This document shows positions 48,942 to 59,174 of a stretch of 64,000 nt of DNA, one piece after another. Location of the stretch: the NCBI GenBank assembly GCA_963778115.1, contig CAVZSV010000004.1, forward strand, positions 2,400,001-2,464,000, read 5' to 3'. Source of the stretch: an uncultured delta proteobacterium (lineage in GTDB: Bacteria; Bdellovibrionota; FAC87; UBA2466). The notes under the pieces were generated by a model. It was not told the origin of the DNA. It made no database searches and saw only the letters and a list, made by a program, of their open reading frames with translations. The translations under genes and the position numbers were made by a program. Numbering within the stretch: position 1 is the first letter of the stretch; each line of letters begins with the position of its first letter.

Positions 48942-49427
48942 TTATTTTTTTTCTTCTAGCAGTACAATCGCCTGGGCGGCAATTGCCTTTCGACTGCCAA
49001 TAGCTCCTAAGCCTTCCATGGTTTTAGCCTTAACACTAACGGAAGTGATTTCAATTCCCAAAATTCGGGCCACACTTTCTCGGATCTCCGTCCAGTGCTC
49101 TGCCAACTTGGGCTCTTCTAGAAAAATGATGGAATCACATTGAGCCACTCGCCAGCCCATCGCGTGAATTCGGTGTAAGACCTCTTTTAAGAATTCGGAG
49201 CTGGGACGATTCTGATTCTCTGGCTTACTATCGGGAAACCACTGGCCGAGATCGCCAAGGGCCATCGCCCCTAAGCAAGCATCGGTAAGGGAGTGCAGCA
49301 AGACATCTCCGTCCGAATGCGCTTCGACTGTGAAGTAGCACGAGATAGGAACTCCTCCGAGCGGAAACTCCGATCGGCGGATGGACGGAATTAAGCGGTG
49401 AATGTCGTATCCGATTCCGGTTCGCAT
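48942..49427 (-). CDS. ispF: 2-C-methyl-D-erythritol 2,4-cyclodiphosphate synthase
   Basis: GIGYDIH, HSDGDV..H, KAKT.E.LG. Confidence 0.96.
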   Translation of the reverse strand: MRTGIGYDIHRLIPSIRRSEFPLGGVPISCYFTVEAHSDGDVLLHSLTDACLGAMALGDLGQWFPDSKPENQNRPSSEFLKEVLHRIHAMGWRVAQCDSIIFLEEPKLAEHWTEIRESVARILGIEITSVSVKAKTMEGLGAIGSRKAIAAQAIVLLEEKK

Positions 49428-50152
49428 GTCGTTTCGCTCCTTTCTAATATGTTTTGTAAGACAGAGATCTCGTGATCGTAAGTCAGTTTGATGTTTCGAA
49501 CATCGCCTTCAAAAACCCCTACGGGAATTCCATAGTATTCGCACAACGAAGCGTCATCCGTAAAGCTAACACCGTCTTCGCTCTTGGCTCTTTCCATTAA
49601 AGAACGAATCATTCCGTATTCAAAAATCTGTGGAGTCTGGACCCTTTGAACCAAATTGCGATCCACCGTCTCCGTCACCTGATGGTTCTCCACCCGCTTA
49701 AGCGTATCCACGACAGGGACTACGGGAACCCAAGCACCGAAAGATCTATCGTGAAGTGCGGTTCGAATCCTTTCCAAAAAAACTTGGGAAAGGTAGGGCC
49801 GACACGCGTCATGAATCGCCACTCGAGTGGGCAAAGGCGTCATTCGCTCAACGGCTTCAAGAGCCAATCGCGAAGAGTCCTGCCGCTGACTTCCTCCTGC
49901 GATGAGAACCGCGTCCAATTCAGGGAAAAAAGACTCTAGCTGCTCTTTGGCAAGGCCCAGGTAGCTTTCCGGAACCACCACGATGAACTGGCGAAAACAA
50001 TCTAGTCGATGCAGCGATCGGAGCGCGTGAATAAAAACAGGAGAATTTCCCAGCCTTTGAAATTGCTTGGGAACGAATGAGACAGAATCCGAGCCTTCGG
50101 AAAAGCGCTTTCCGATACCACCCCCGACTAAGATGGCATCCATGACTTTCAT
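49391..50152 (-). CDS. ispD: 2-C-methyl-D-erythritol 4-phosphate cytidylyltransferase
   Basis: PKQF, GG..RQDS, HDACRP, QTPQ, TDDAS, NIKLT. Confidence 0.96.
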   Translation of the reverse strand: MKVMDAILVGGGIGKRFSEGSDSVSFVPKQFQRLGNSPVFIHALRSLHRLDCFRQFIVVVPESYLGLAKEQLESFFPELDAVLIAGGSQRQDSSRLALEAVERMTPLPTRVAIHDACRPYLSQVFLERIRTALHDRSFGAWVPVVPVVDTLKRVENHQVTETVDRNLVQRVQTPQIFEYGMIRSLMERAKSEDGVSFTDDASLCEYYGIPVGVFEGDVRNIKLTYDHEISVLQNILERSETTCEPESDTTFTA

Positions 50153-50168
50153 AAACTTGTGGTCACCC

Positions 50169-50667
50169 TCAAGTTCCGAAAATCGCTTCGAGCTCTTTTT
50201 CTACTTCGGCCTCTTGTATATTTTGAGCGAGAGAGAGCTCCTTTACCAATAGAGTTTTTGCTTGATCAAGCAATTTGCGTTCTCCAAAAGAGAGGTCTTT
50301 ATCGTGCTTAAGTAAGAAAAGGGCTCGTAAGGACTTCCGCTATTTCCTGCACCTGTCCGGTATGGATCTTCTCCATATACTCTCGGTAGCGCCGGTTCCA
50401 AGTTTGGTGATCGATAGCCGAGGGCTCCTTCTTTCGAAGGATCTTGTATACCTCTTCGACTTCCTTGGCTTTTATGATAGGACGCAGGCGTTGGCCTGAG
50501 TTTTCAATAGGAACAAAAACTTTCTTAGGGGCACCGTTATCGTGGATCTCTAGGATATAAAAACTTTGTTTTTTCCCTGGACTAAACTCACGTTCCTCGA
50601 TACCTCTAACAACTCCAACTCCATGGGAGAGGTGGACCGCGTTATCACCCACTTTGAATTGATACAT
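50169..50667 (-). pseudogene. carD: CarD/CdnL RNAP-binding factor with a +1 frameshift near 50330 (probably a sequencing error)
   Basis: FKVGD....HGVG, WNRRYREY; the other frame continues LRALFLLKHDKDLSFGERKLLDQAKTLLVKEL...FGT* ending at 50169; carD-ispD-ispF-cysS synteny. Confidence 0.9.
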
Positions 50668-50846
50668 TTGCGTTAGCGACCTCTTTAGCGTTTTGGAGGC
50701 TTGCTTATATCACAAGTTACCATGTATTGCATTAGTTTAAGTGTTTGCCCCTCTAGGCTGTCGTCGAATTATTCCCAAAATCACAAAGGAATTCAGGGGA
50801 TTGTCGGCGAGACTTTTTCTTTGGAATTCGCTAGCTGAGGTATTGA

Positions 50847-51464
50847 ATGAATCCACATCCCCCTACACTTGTTTTAGCCTCACAATCTCCCCGGCGAAGG
50901 CAGCTTTTAGAGACGTTAGATTTGAAATTTCGAGTGGAAATTCCGGATGTCGAAGAGGCATCGGCGGAAGAAAATAATGTCGAACAGGTCACTCAAGAAA
51001 ATGCTTATCTGAAAGCTTCTAGCTGTTTATCCCGGCTCGGCGACGCTAACGAAGTAGCCTTGGGAGCAGACACTCTCGTCGTATTAGAGGGGGTGGTTTT
51101 GGGAAAACCCAAAGACCGACCCGAAGTGCTTCAGATGATGGAAAGGTTGTCCGGCCGAACGCATCGAGTGGTAACTGGAATTTGCCTAGTGTCCCCCCGC
51201 ATGGGAACTCGTAGGGCTCTGGACACTAGTTATGTCACGTTTCGAAAAATCACCGAGGCGCAGAGACAAGACTATGCGAACCTTTTAGAACCTTATGACA
51301 AAGCGGGATCATATGCCGTTCAGGGGTTGGGCGCACTTTTCATTGAAAAGATTCAGGGCTCCTATACCAATGTGATGGGTTTACCCATCGAACTTTTGAT
51401 GAAGGAGATGGCACTGCTCCTCCGTATTTCCGTGTTCGATCTCTTTACGAAAGTAAAAAACTAA
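50847..51464 (+). CDS. maf: Maf family nucleotide pyrophosphatase (YhdE type)
   Basis: LASQSPRR, GADT, DKAGSY..QG, NVMGLP. Confidence 0.95.
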   Translation: MNPHPPTLVLASQSPRRRQLLETLDLKFRVEIPDVEEASAEENNVEQVTQENAYLKASSCLSRLGDANEVALGADTLVVLEGVVLGKPKDRPEVLQMMERLSGRTHRVVTGICLVSPRMGTRRALDTSYVTFRKITEAQRQDYANLLEPYDKAGSYAVQGLGALFIEKIQGSYTNVMGLPIELLMKEMALLLRISVFDLFTKVKN

Positions 51465-52144
51465 TGCCGGGCATTTCTGAGAGGTACTTTCAACTTCAAG
51501 AAGAGTTGAAGCGACTAGCCCCGGATCGCTCCATCAGCGTAGTTGGAGTGGTCAAGCACCAGTCGATCGAAACGATGAAAGAGGCGATTGCAGCAGGGAT
51601 CAAGGTACTAGCTCATAACTATGCGCAAGAGGGCAGCGAATCGATGAAAGAGATTCCGCGGGGAACGGTGCAATGGCATTTCATTGGGCACATTCAGAGC
51701 CGTAAAGTGAAGGAGTTGCCCCATTATGATTGTGTGCAAAGTATCGATCGGCTGGAAGTGGCCCAGCTCCTCTCCGATCGGATCGGGCGGGAGGCGAAAG
51801 AGGACAGACGAATGCGCATCCTAATCGAAGTCAACGTAGGCGGGGAAATTCAAAAATCGGGAATATCCCCCAACGAGATACCCGAATTTGTAAAGGCCGT
51901 TGGGGAGATGCCGAACTTGAAGCTCGAAGGCTTTATGGCGATGGCTCCGATGCTTCAACCTGTCGAAGCACGGCGCCCTTTCTTTAAGCGGATGAAGCAA
52001 CTTTTCGATAGCTTTTCAGCACAGGGACTTACCACCCTATCGATGGGTACCAGTGAAGATTACGCGATAGCCGTGCAAGAAGGGGCTACCATGATCCGCT
52101 TAGGCACCTCACTCATTGGAGCCAGACCGGCAAAGCAAGCCTGA
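51464..52144 (+). CDS. yggS: PLP homeostasis protein
   Basis: WHFIGHIQS, LSMGTS.DY..A...GAT.IR.G. Confidence 0.93.
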   Translation: MPGISERYFQLQEELKRLAPDRSISVVGVVKHQSIETMKEAIAAGIKVLAHNYAQEGSESMKEIPRGTVQWHFIGHIQSRKVKELPHYDCVQSIDRLEVAQLLSDRIGREAKEDRRMRILIEVNVGGEIQKSGISPNEIPEFVKAVGEMPNLKLEGFMAMAPMLQPVEARRPFFKRMKQLFDSFSAQGLTTLSMGTSEDYAIAVQEGATMIRLGTSLIGARPAKQA

Positions 52145-52223
52145 CTTGCCTCTACCAGGAATGACGAGGTGCTCATTTCAACCGCGGGTTGTTGTGCTAG
52201 TATCTCCCTCGAAGGAAAACTCC

Positions 52224-52757
52224 ATGTCACTAAAATCACTCGAACTTATCTCTGAAAAAATTACCCCCGTTGAGATTAAAAACAAGGAATTCAAGCGAAC
52301 CGTTTGGGGCTATGCGCCACAAGAGGTTGTGGATTTTTTAGATGCCACCGCGAAGGTGTGGGAGAAAGTGCAAAAGCACGAGAAAGAATTGTCGGACGAG
52401 ATCCGAAGGCTCTCCACCGAGTTAGAGAATTGGAAACGTCGCGAGACTGAGATTGACGAGCTTCGGGAACGAGCTCGAGAAGATGCCACCGGCATCCGTA
52501 ATCAGGCGACCCAAGAAGCGGAAGCTTTCTTCGCCGAGGTGAAAAGCAAAGCGGAAGAGGTTAGGGGGAAGACCGAGGAATGGTTGACCTCGGTAATCTC
52601 TGAAGTCGAAGAGACGGAAAAGAAGCGGAACGCTATTTTTTCGGCCATTCGAGCCAATCTAGATCAACATTATGATCTCTTAGAGCAGGCTGAAGCGGAG
52701 ATACGGCAAGTTCCCATAGCCAAAGGCGAAGCGGGCGAGTCTCGCCTTCTCACGTAA
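52224..52757 (+). CDS. divIVA: DivIVA domain protein
   Basis: ITPVEIKNKEFKR...GY...EV..FLD followed by coiled coil; downstream of yggS. Confidence 0.88.
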   Translation: MSLKSLELISEKITPVEIKNKEFKRTVWGYAPQEVVDFLDATAKVWEKVQKHEKELSDEIRRLSTELENWKRRETEIDELRERAREDATGIRNQATQEAEAFFAEVKSKAEEVRGKTEEWLTSVISEVEETEKKRNAIFSAIRANLDQHYDLLEQAEAEIRQVPIAKGEAGESRLLT

Positions 52758-52764
52758 TCAAACC

Positions 52765-53562
52765 CTATTCGATGGTTTTTAAGCTTTCGTTGCTGACCCA
52801 ACCAGCGATGGGGGCATCTATGTTCTTTTCCGTGTCCCCCTCTTTTAAGACGTTCACGATGGTTCCTGCGGGAAAGTCAGCAAGGATGTCTTCTTTCTTT
52901 CTTTCCTGAGTCCGAAACACAGAGACGGTTTCGCCGGGGCCGGTCAATACAGCGAAGTGGCAATAATACCGGTGATTGAAATAGGCAACTCCTACAAGAA
53001 TCATAAGCCCCCCGGAAGTAACTAGAAGCGTCCGTTGTATGGCTATCCACCTACTTGCAGGGGTTGGATTGATCCAAACGATAAACAGTGTGGCGCACAA
53101 ACTCCAAAAGGCGAGTGCGCATAAGAGTAATCTCAGGCTTGCGTTCACGAGTAGCGAAAAGCGAAAGAACCAATCATCGGCAACGTTTTCTTTCACTCCT
53201 ATTTTCTTCTGCAGGTCGGACAAAGAGATGATGTCGTGCCAGATCCGGTTGGGGGAGAGTCGAAGGGTTGCACTTTTAAGGATGTAATAAATGGCGGGGC
53301 CGGGTGCTTTGAGCTCGAGCTCGGTCAGTCCCAGATTGTAATTGGCTTGCGCGGATTGTTCTCCAGAAGCGGCCGCCATTTCCGTCCATTCGGAAAAGGT
53401 CTTTTTCGCTCCCTCGAAATCTCCGCGAGTATAGGATTGGACACCGTCGTGCCATAGCTTCGCCATTACTTCGGGGGCGGGTAAAGAACCCGCTCCCGTT
53501 GCCAGGCCGCTCAAGCTAGAGCAGACGAATAAAAAAGTCAGACGGATTCGAAGGGTCCTCAT
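52765..53562 (-). CDS. BatE-like TPR/TM/SH3b protein
   Basis: Signal peptide, YNLG TPR, two TMs, C-terminal G..V....GWV. Confidence 0.65.
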   Translation of the reverse strand: MRTLRIRLTFLFVCSSLSGLATGAGSLPAPEVMAKLWHDGVQSYTRGDFEGAKKTFSEWTEMAAASGEQSAQANYNLGLTELELKAPGPAIYYILKSATLRLSPNRIWHDIISLSDLQKKIGVKENVADDWFFRFSLLVNASLRLLLCALAFWSLCATLFIVWINPTPASRWIAIQRTLLVTSGGLMILVGVAYFNHRYYCHFAVLTGPGETVSVFRTQERKKEDILADFPAGTIVNVLKEGDTEKNIDAPIAGWVSNESLKTIE

Positions 53563-53607
53563 CTGAATGACGACTTTCTCTAATGACGATTTAACAATAA
53601 GTGCAAT

Positions 53608-54114
53608 TTAGTAACGGACTTCGTATCTGTCCTCTAACACTCGTACCAAGGTGCGAAGTTCGTTCAGCCTCTCTTCGAGTTCCCCATTTCTTTGCTCTAA
53701 GAGACGAATACGCTCGTCCTTTTCGCGAAGGGTGTGCTCGAAGGCTTGACTTACCATCCGTACGGCTTTTTCGACAAGAGGGATGGCCAATCGATCGCTT
53801 TCGGCATCTTCTTTCACAGAGACACCAGTTGGGATGCTGGGCTCTTTACGAAGTTGTTGATTGCTTTCGATAGGTCGCCGCTCCGGAACCTTATTCAGCG
53901 GCGTATGAAGCATTGAGTCGCTATCACTAGAATCCCCTGCTTCGTCTTGAAACAGGATTAGATAACGACCCTTCTCCAAACGATACTGAATCGTGTTGCT
54001 CTTTATTTTACGGCGGATGGTGCTTAGGCTGACCCCACTTTTTACCGCATACTCAGTCAGTGGAAGCCATAGTCCGTTACTCTCATTGCACGTTTCGGTA
54101 ACGTGCTGTGACAT
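53608..54114 (-). CDS. HTH plus coiled-coil hypothetical DNA-binding protein
   Basis: WLPLTEYA...GVSLSTIRRKIK HTH; C-terminal heptad repeats. Confidence 0.7.
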   Translation of the reverse strand: MSQHVTETCNESNGLWLPLTEYAVKSGVSLSTIRRKIKSNTIQYRLEKGRYLILFQDEAGDSSDSDSMLHTPLNKVPERRPIESNQQLRKEPSIPTGVSVKEDAESDRLAIPLVEKAVRMVSQAFEHTLREKDERIRLLEQRNGELEERLNELRTLVRVLEDRYEVRY

Positions 54115-54238
54115 GAGAGCCTCCCCGACGGGTGAGGTCGGTTCGTTAAGGGTTATACTTTTAATTATAACCTCACTAGAGAACTATCTCCAAGCCGAGC
54201 TTTTTTGATACAATAATAAAAAGCCTTCCTCTCCTCCC

Positions 54239-54580
54239 ATGAAAAGAATCCGACCTATCATAAAGTATTTTAGTCTGACGGCTGTCATTTTGCTTATGGG
54301 GCAAGTCCCCATTGGCCGCAATACCGTGGGAAGTTGTTTTCTCGCCGGGGTGAAAGCAGGGTGTACTGCGGGAGTAGACGCCGTGAAAGCAAGCCACTGG
54401 TACGCGTCTATTAGTGATCTTCCCGTCCTCTCTTCGTGGCTAAAGGGCCCCACTCCGCCGGACGGAGAGAGAGAAAGACCGCGTTCTTCGAGACCCCGTC
54501 ACACAAGTAACGAAATGCAAGAGGACGGCGAAAAAATTACATCAGCCGATCGAGATTCTTTAATCCGTTTATTGGAATAG
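54239..54580 (+). CDS. Hypothetical membrane-anchored protein
   Basis: 113 aa, N-terminal hydrophobic segment, fills the gap before the PilZ gene. Confidence 0.55.
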   Translation: MKRIRPIIKYFSLTAVILLMGQVPIGRNTVGSCFLAGVKAGCTAGVDAVKASHWYASISDLPVLSSWLKGPTPPDGERERPRSSRPRHTSNEMQEDGEKITSADRDSLIRLLE

Positions 54581-54591
54581 CGGGAGCTACT

Positions 54592-55137
54592 ATGGCACAG
54601 GTTCAGTTTATCGAACGTCGGAAGGAAAACCGTCTCCCTTTTAACGATAAGATTATATTCACTGACGGTCATAAAACCGCCACCGCTTATGCGGTCAATA
54701 TTAGCCGAGGTGGAGTCTTTGTTATGTCCTTGGAGCCTTTCCCCATCGACACTCAAATTTTTATAGCCTTTTGCTTGCCCAGCCATCCCACTAGCTTTTG
54801 CGTGAAGGGCAAGGTGGCCCATATCGTTTTCGATAGGCAGCGTTGTGAAGTAGAAAACGGAATGGGTCTGCAGTTTCTAGAGCTAGACGAGTCACAGAAG
54901 TCGATTATGAATTTGCACATTCTAAATCAGCAGTCGGCTTATTTAGAATTGAAAAAACTGCTTACTTCCGCGAGACCCCCGGCAACGGAGATCGCTCGCT
55001 GCTTAAAGAAGCTTCCAACATTATCTCCCTCGTCCGACCTGTTAAGCCTAAGATACCGAGTAAATCGCATCTGTACGATCTTTGAGCCGCCGGCCGTGGA
55101 GACCCAAGAGGGGGCGGGAGCAATGAAGTCGGCTTAA
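54592..55137 (+). CDS. PilZ domain (c-di-GMP receptor) protein
   Basis: RKENR (RxxxR) and NISRGG motifs; GMGLQF. Confidence 0.88.
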   Translation: MAQVQFIERRKENRLPFNDKIIFTDGHKTATAYAVNISRGGVFVMSLEPFPIDTQIFIAFCLPSHPTSFCVKGKVAHIVFDRQRCEVENGMGLQFLELDESQKSIMNLHILNQQSAYLELKKLLTSARPPATEIARCLKKLPTLSPSSDLLSLRYRVNRICTIFEPPAVETQEGAGAMKSA

Positions 55138-55450
55138 TTCTTTCAAATCCAAACAAAAAAAACTGCCTACTTTCAGTACAGCTGCCAAATTGTGAAAGCA
55201 ATTTTCGTCATGCCGTAACCCTCTGTTTTGTTGGTACTTCTTCACTACACGTTTTGTGCACTGGAAGTGGTCGTCGAAGTGACGACTACTTTGACGATGT
55301 CCGCCCCTTTTCCGACCACACTTGGAACACATAACATTCCCAACGAGTTCAAGGACAACCCGGCCTTTGGCTTCCTCTTTGCAATTCTTATCAACGTAGT
55401 TTTAACCGTGGGATTTCTCTGGGCAGTACATGGGGAGAAGTGTGATTGTT

Positions 55451-55891
55451 ATGATGAAGAAATGGTGGATATTGGCGGTGGTTCTCACTCTCGCCTTGTC
55501 ACTGACAAGTTGCTCGGGGGGATCCGATACAAGCCTTCAAGGCAGTGCACAGACGTGCACCGGAAATCAGGGAACTTTTGATCTAGTACTCAATTCCGCA
55601 GGCAACGGTACCTATAATTTGGAATTAGATCCTGAAGAAGTGACTCAAGAAGGAATTATTACCGAAATCGCGTTGGTCGATTCTTCGGGCGACTACAAAG
55701 TCGTGGACCAAGAAGAGTCTTTATTTAGCGGTCGGCCGGTCAATATTAGCAACATCGCAGCTTCCGATTTGCAAAATTTCTCATACTTGGTAATCGCGAA
55801 TTACAATCCTCAGGTAAAGTTTCTGCAAATGACCAATCCTGAGTTCTGTACCCTCCCGTTTGGGGGAAATGCTTCTTCTAACGGAGACTAA
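55451..55891 (+). CDS. Lipoprotein
   Basis: MMKKWWILAVVLTLALSLTSC lipobox. Confidence 0.75.
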   Translation: MMKKWWILAVVLTLALSLTSCSGGSDTSLQGSAQTCTGNQGTFDLVLNSAGNGTYNLELDPEEVTQEGIITEIALVDSSGDYKVVDQEESLFSGRPVNISNIAASDLQNFSYLVIANYNPQVKFLQMTNPEFCTLPFGGNASSNGD

Positions 55892-55892
55892 A

Positions 55893-57698
55893 CTAATCTG
55901 ATTTTTTTTCGAGCACCTGAAGGGAAAGCTCGCGCAATTGTGCCGTGTCCACGGTGGACGGAGCCTCGCTCATGAGGTCCGTCGCTTTCTGCGTCTTGGG
56001 AAAGGCAATCACGTCCCGGATCGCGGTGGTCCCTGCAAGCAGCATGGCAATTCGGTCCACTCCTAAAGCGATCCCGCCGTGCGGCGGTGTCCCGTACTGA
56101 AGTGCATTAATAAAGAAGCCGAAACGTAACTTTGCGTCTGCTTCAGAAATTCCCAACACCTCAAACATTCGCGACTGGACTTTAGGATCATAAATGCGAA
56201 GGCTGCCCCCTCCGATTTCAAAGCCGTTCAACACCAGATCATAGGCTCTGGCTCGGACGCTCTCTAATTCCTTCTGTGAGTTATTCTGCATGAACGTGGG
56301 AAGGTCCTCGGGATTGGGACCGGTGAAGGGATGATGAGCGGCATAGAAGCGCTTATCGGTCTCGTTAAAATCAAGGAGCGGAAAGTCGGTTATCCACAAA
56401 AATTCGTATTTGGAGGCATCGGTGTACTTAAAACGAGACCCGTATTCGTCTCGAAGTGCCGAAAGGGCGTTGTTTACGATTTTGGGTGAACCACAGACCA
56501 TCAAAAGCATCGCCGACTTCTTAAAGGGAAGGAGAGCTTCAATTTCCGTTTTTAGTGCATCGTTAAAAAATTTCGCCTGCGGGGATTGCCAATCTCCAGG
56601 CCCTTTAATTCTTACCCAGGTAATTCCTTTGGCCCCATAGGGAGTCACTTTTTTGAGAAGACCATCTAATTCACTTCTAGGAAGGGGTTCCTTCTCTTCG
56701 AAACAGAGCCCTTTTAGGATATCTCCCTTTTCCATTGCCGTCCGATAGACTTGAAATTCACTCTTAGCTCCTTGAGCGCTTAAATTCACCAGCGTCAGCG
56801 AATTGCGAGTATCCGGTTTATCCGAGCCGTACTTATCCATGGCATCGGCATAGGTGATGCGCTTGAAAGGCGTTGTCACCTCTTTGCCTAAAACGTCCTT
56901 AAAGACTTTCTTCATCAGCTGTTCGTGGAGATCTTGAATGTCTTTTTCATCGACGAACGACATCTCTACGTCTATTTGAGTGAACTCCGGCTGTCTGTCG
57001 GCTCTTAAGTCTTCATCTCGAAAGCAGCGAGCGATCTGGACGTACTTATCGACACCTCCAATCATGCACAGTTGCTTTAACGTCTGCGGAGATTGAGGAA
57101 GCGCATAGAACTGCCCTGGATGAACACGACTCGGGACTAAATAATCACGAGCCCCTTCGGGCGTGCTCTTGTATAAAATGGGAGTCTCGATATCCCAAAA
57201 ACCATGCGAGTAATAAAATTCGCGGGCCGATTTTAGAAATTCGTGGCGCAATCTCAGATTCTTTTGGAGTCCCGGCCTTCGCAGCTCAAGATACCGGTGA
57301 GTCAGGCGAAGCGATTCGTCTACCTCTCCTGCGGTGGGGGAATCTTCGTGAAGCATATAGGGCAAAGGCTGCGAAGCGTTTAAAATCTCAAGTACCTGGG
57401 CATAGATTTCGATTTCACCCGTGGGGAGGTTCTTGTTTTCCATTCCCTGCGGCCTAGGTCTAACATTTCCCTTAACCGCTATGACGAACTCTTGACGTAG
57501 GACAGAAGCCCCATCAAGCCCTTTGATCTGAGGATCGAAAACCACCTGGGTAATTCCGTCGCGATCTCTTAAATCGATAAAGACAACACCACCATGATCT
57601 CTCCAGCGATCGACCCATCCGCACAGGACAACCTCTTTGCCTTCGTCCTTCTTGGTAAGCGATCCACAGTAATCGGTTCTCTTCAGCATGAAATTCAA
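55893..57698 (-). CDS. aspS: Aspartate--tRNA ligase, probably non-discriminating
   Basis: LPQSPQ, FRDEDLRADRQPEF; RDHGG and RPQG are non-discriminating-type determinants. Confidence 0.97.
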   Translation of the reverse strand: MNFMLKRTDYCGSLTKKDEGKEVVLCGWVDRWRDHGGVVFIDLRDRDGITQVVFDPQIKGLDGASVLRQEFVIAVKGNVRPRPQGMENKNLPTGEIEIYAQVLEILNASQPLPYMLHEDSPTAGEVDESLRLTHRYLELRRPGLQKNLRLRHEFLKSAREFYYSHGFWDIETPILYKSTPEGARDYLVPSRVHPGQFYALPQSPQTLKQLCMIGGVDKYVQIARCFRDEDLRADRQPEFTQIDVEMSFVDEKDIQDLHEQLMKKVFKDVLGKEVTTPFKRITYADAMDKYGSDKPDTRNSLTLVNLSAQGAKSEFQVYRTAMEKGDILKGLCFEEKEPLPRSELDGLLKKVTPYGAKGITWVRIKGPGDWQSPQAKFFNDALKTEIEALLPFKKSAMLLMVCGSPKIVNNALSALRDEYGSRFKYTDASKYEFLWITDFPLLDFNETDKRFYAAHHPFTGPNPEDLPTFMQNNSQKELESVRARAYDLVLNGFEIGGGSLRIYDPKVQSRMFEVLGISEADAKLRFGFFINALQYGTPPHGGIALGVDRIAMLLAGTTAIRDVIAFPKTQKATDLMSEAPSTVDTAQLRELSLQVLEKKSD

Positions 57699-58984
57699 AC
57701 CCTCCTTCTCAGTTCCGACTCCAGTTGTTTGAGGTCGATCGTTTCTTGCAAGCCCTCTTTCATGTTCTTCAAAGGAGCTTTTCCATCTTTAAGTTCCGTC
57801 TCTCCCACAATAAGCGTGTATTTCGCTCCCGATCGGTCAGCTTGCTTTAGTAAATTCTTTAGCCCTTTGGGCTCATAAAACATTTCGACGGAGACGCCTT
57901 CACTTTTGAGCTTCATGCTTAGCGGATAGAGCGAATCAAACGCAAGCTCTCCCAGTGCCGCAAAGAAAAACAGAGGTTGCCGGGACTCGTCCTTGAGCGC
58001 CTGCTTTTGCTCCAGCACCAACATCAGTCGTTCCATCCCTAAACCAAAACCCACGGCGGGAAATGCCGCTTCGCCAAAGCGGGTGGACAATCCGTCATAG
58101 CGGCCCCCTCCGACAAGAGCGCTCTGAGCGCCTAAAAGGTTTGAGGTGAATTCAAAAGCGGTCCGACAGTAGTAGTCGAGCCCTCGCACGATGCTGGGAT
58201 CGTCCTCGAAGGGAATTCCTAAACTGGTAAGCCGCTTCTTGAGGGCCAGATGGTGAGTCTGGCAAGGTTCGCAAAGGGAGTCGGTAATCTTGGGAGCGTT
58301 TTTCACAATCACTTGGCAGCTGTCTCTTTTGCAATCCAACACTCTAAGCGGAGATCTCTCATACCGCTTCTGGCACAATTCACAGAGCGAACTCAAATGG
58401 GGTTGCAAGTAAGCCTTCAGTTTCTCTTTATAGAGGGGACGGCAAACTTCATCCCCGACACTATTAATCCTGACCTCGTATTCGGTAACTCCAAAACTTC
58501 CGTAGATCTTATGAAGAAGCGCTATGATCTCAGCATCCGCTTCAGCAGTCGGGTCGTTGATGATCTCAGCTCCAAATTGATGGAACTGTCTTAATCTTCC
58601 CTTTTGCGGACGTTCGTGACGGAACATGGACATGTAATAAAAAAAACGTTGTGGCTTTCCGGTTCGATGCAATTGATGTTCGATAACGGCTCGAAGAAAA
58701 GCCGCCGTCCCCTCGGGGCGCATGACTAACTTGTCATTGTCCTCTTTGCCGTCTTTGCTCTGGATCAGATACATCTGCTTTTCCACAATATCGGTTTCAT
58801 CGCCTACGGTGTGGGTAAACACTTCGAGGTTTTCCAATACAGGGGTACGAATTTCCGAATAGCCGAAATCCGAAAAGATTTTCTTCAGGCGCTCCTCGAC
58901 GACGGTCCATCTCGCCATCTCAGTGCCAAATATGTCGTGCATCCCGCGCACTGCTTTGGGTTCCACAGAGACCTCCGAAACCAC
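57695..58984 (-). CDS. hisS: Histidine--tRNA ligase
   Basis: RPEGTA, FRHERPQKGR, VRGLDYY, GGGRYD. Confidence 0.98.
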   Translation of the reverse strand: MVSEVSVEPKAVRGMHDIFGTEMARWTVVEERLKKIFSDFGYSEIRTPVLENLEVFTHTVGDETDIVEKQMYLIQSKDGKEDNDKLVMRPEGTAAFLRAVIEHQLHRTGKPQRFFYYMSMFRHERPQKGRLRQFHQFGAEIINDPTAEADAEIIALLHKIYGSFGVTEYEVRINSVGDEVCRPLYKEKLKAYLQPHLSSLCELCQKRYERSPLRVLDCKRDSCQVIVKNAPKITDSLCEPCQTHHLALKKRLTSLGIPFEDDPSIVRGLDYYCRTAFEFTSNLLGAQSALVGGGRYDGLSTRFGEAAFPAVGFGLGMERLMLVLEQKQALKDESRQPLFFFAALGELAFDSLYPLSMKLKSEGVSVEMFYEPKGLKNLLKQADRSGAKYTLIVGETELKDGKAPLKNMKEGLQETIDLKQLESELRRRV

Positions 58985-59174
58985 TCAACGTAGCGCAATT
59001 CCCCGCGGTTGGCGAGAAGCTGCCATAGAAAGGGAGAAAGATTCTTCAAAGAAATCTGCTAACTATTACCAAAAACGTTAGGGATTGACTTAAATTTATA
59101 CCCGGGTTAAAAAATCGCACTTTGGGCCTTCTTTAGGTGGTAAGGCCGAATCGTTTTGCAAGGAGTCAAATCTA

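Noticed and set aside
55228..55581. 117-aa ORF
   Set aside because: It overlaps the lipoprotein gene with a clear lipobox and has a weak start.
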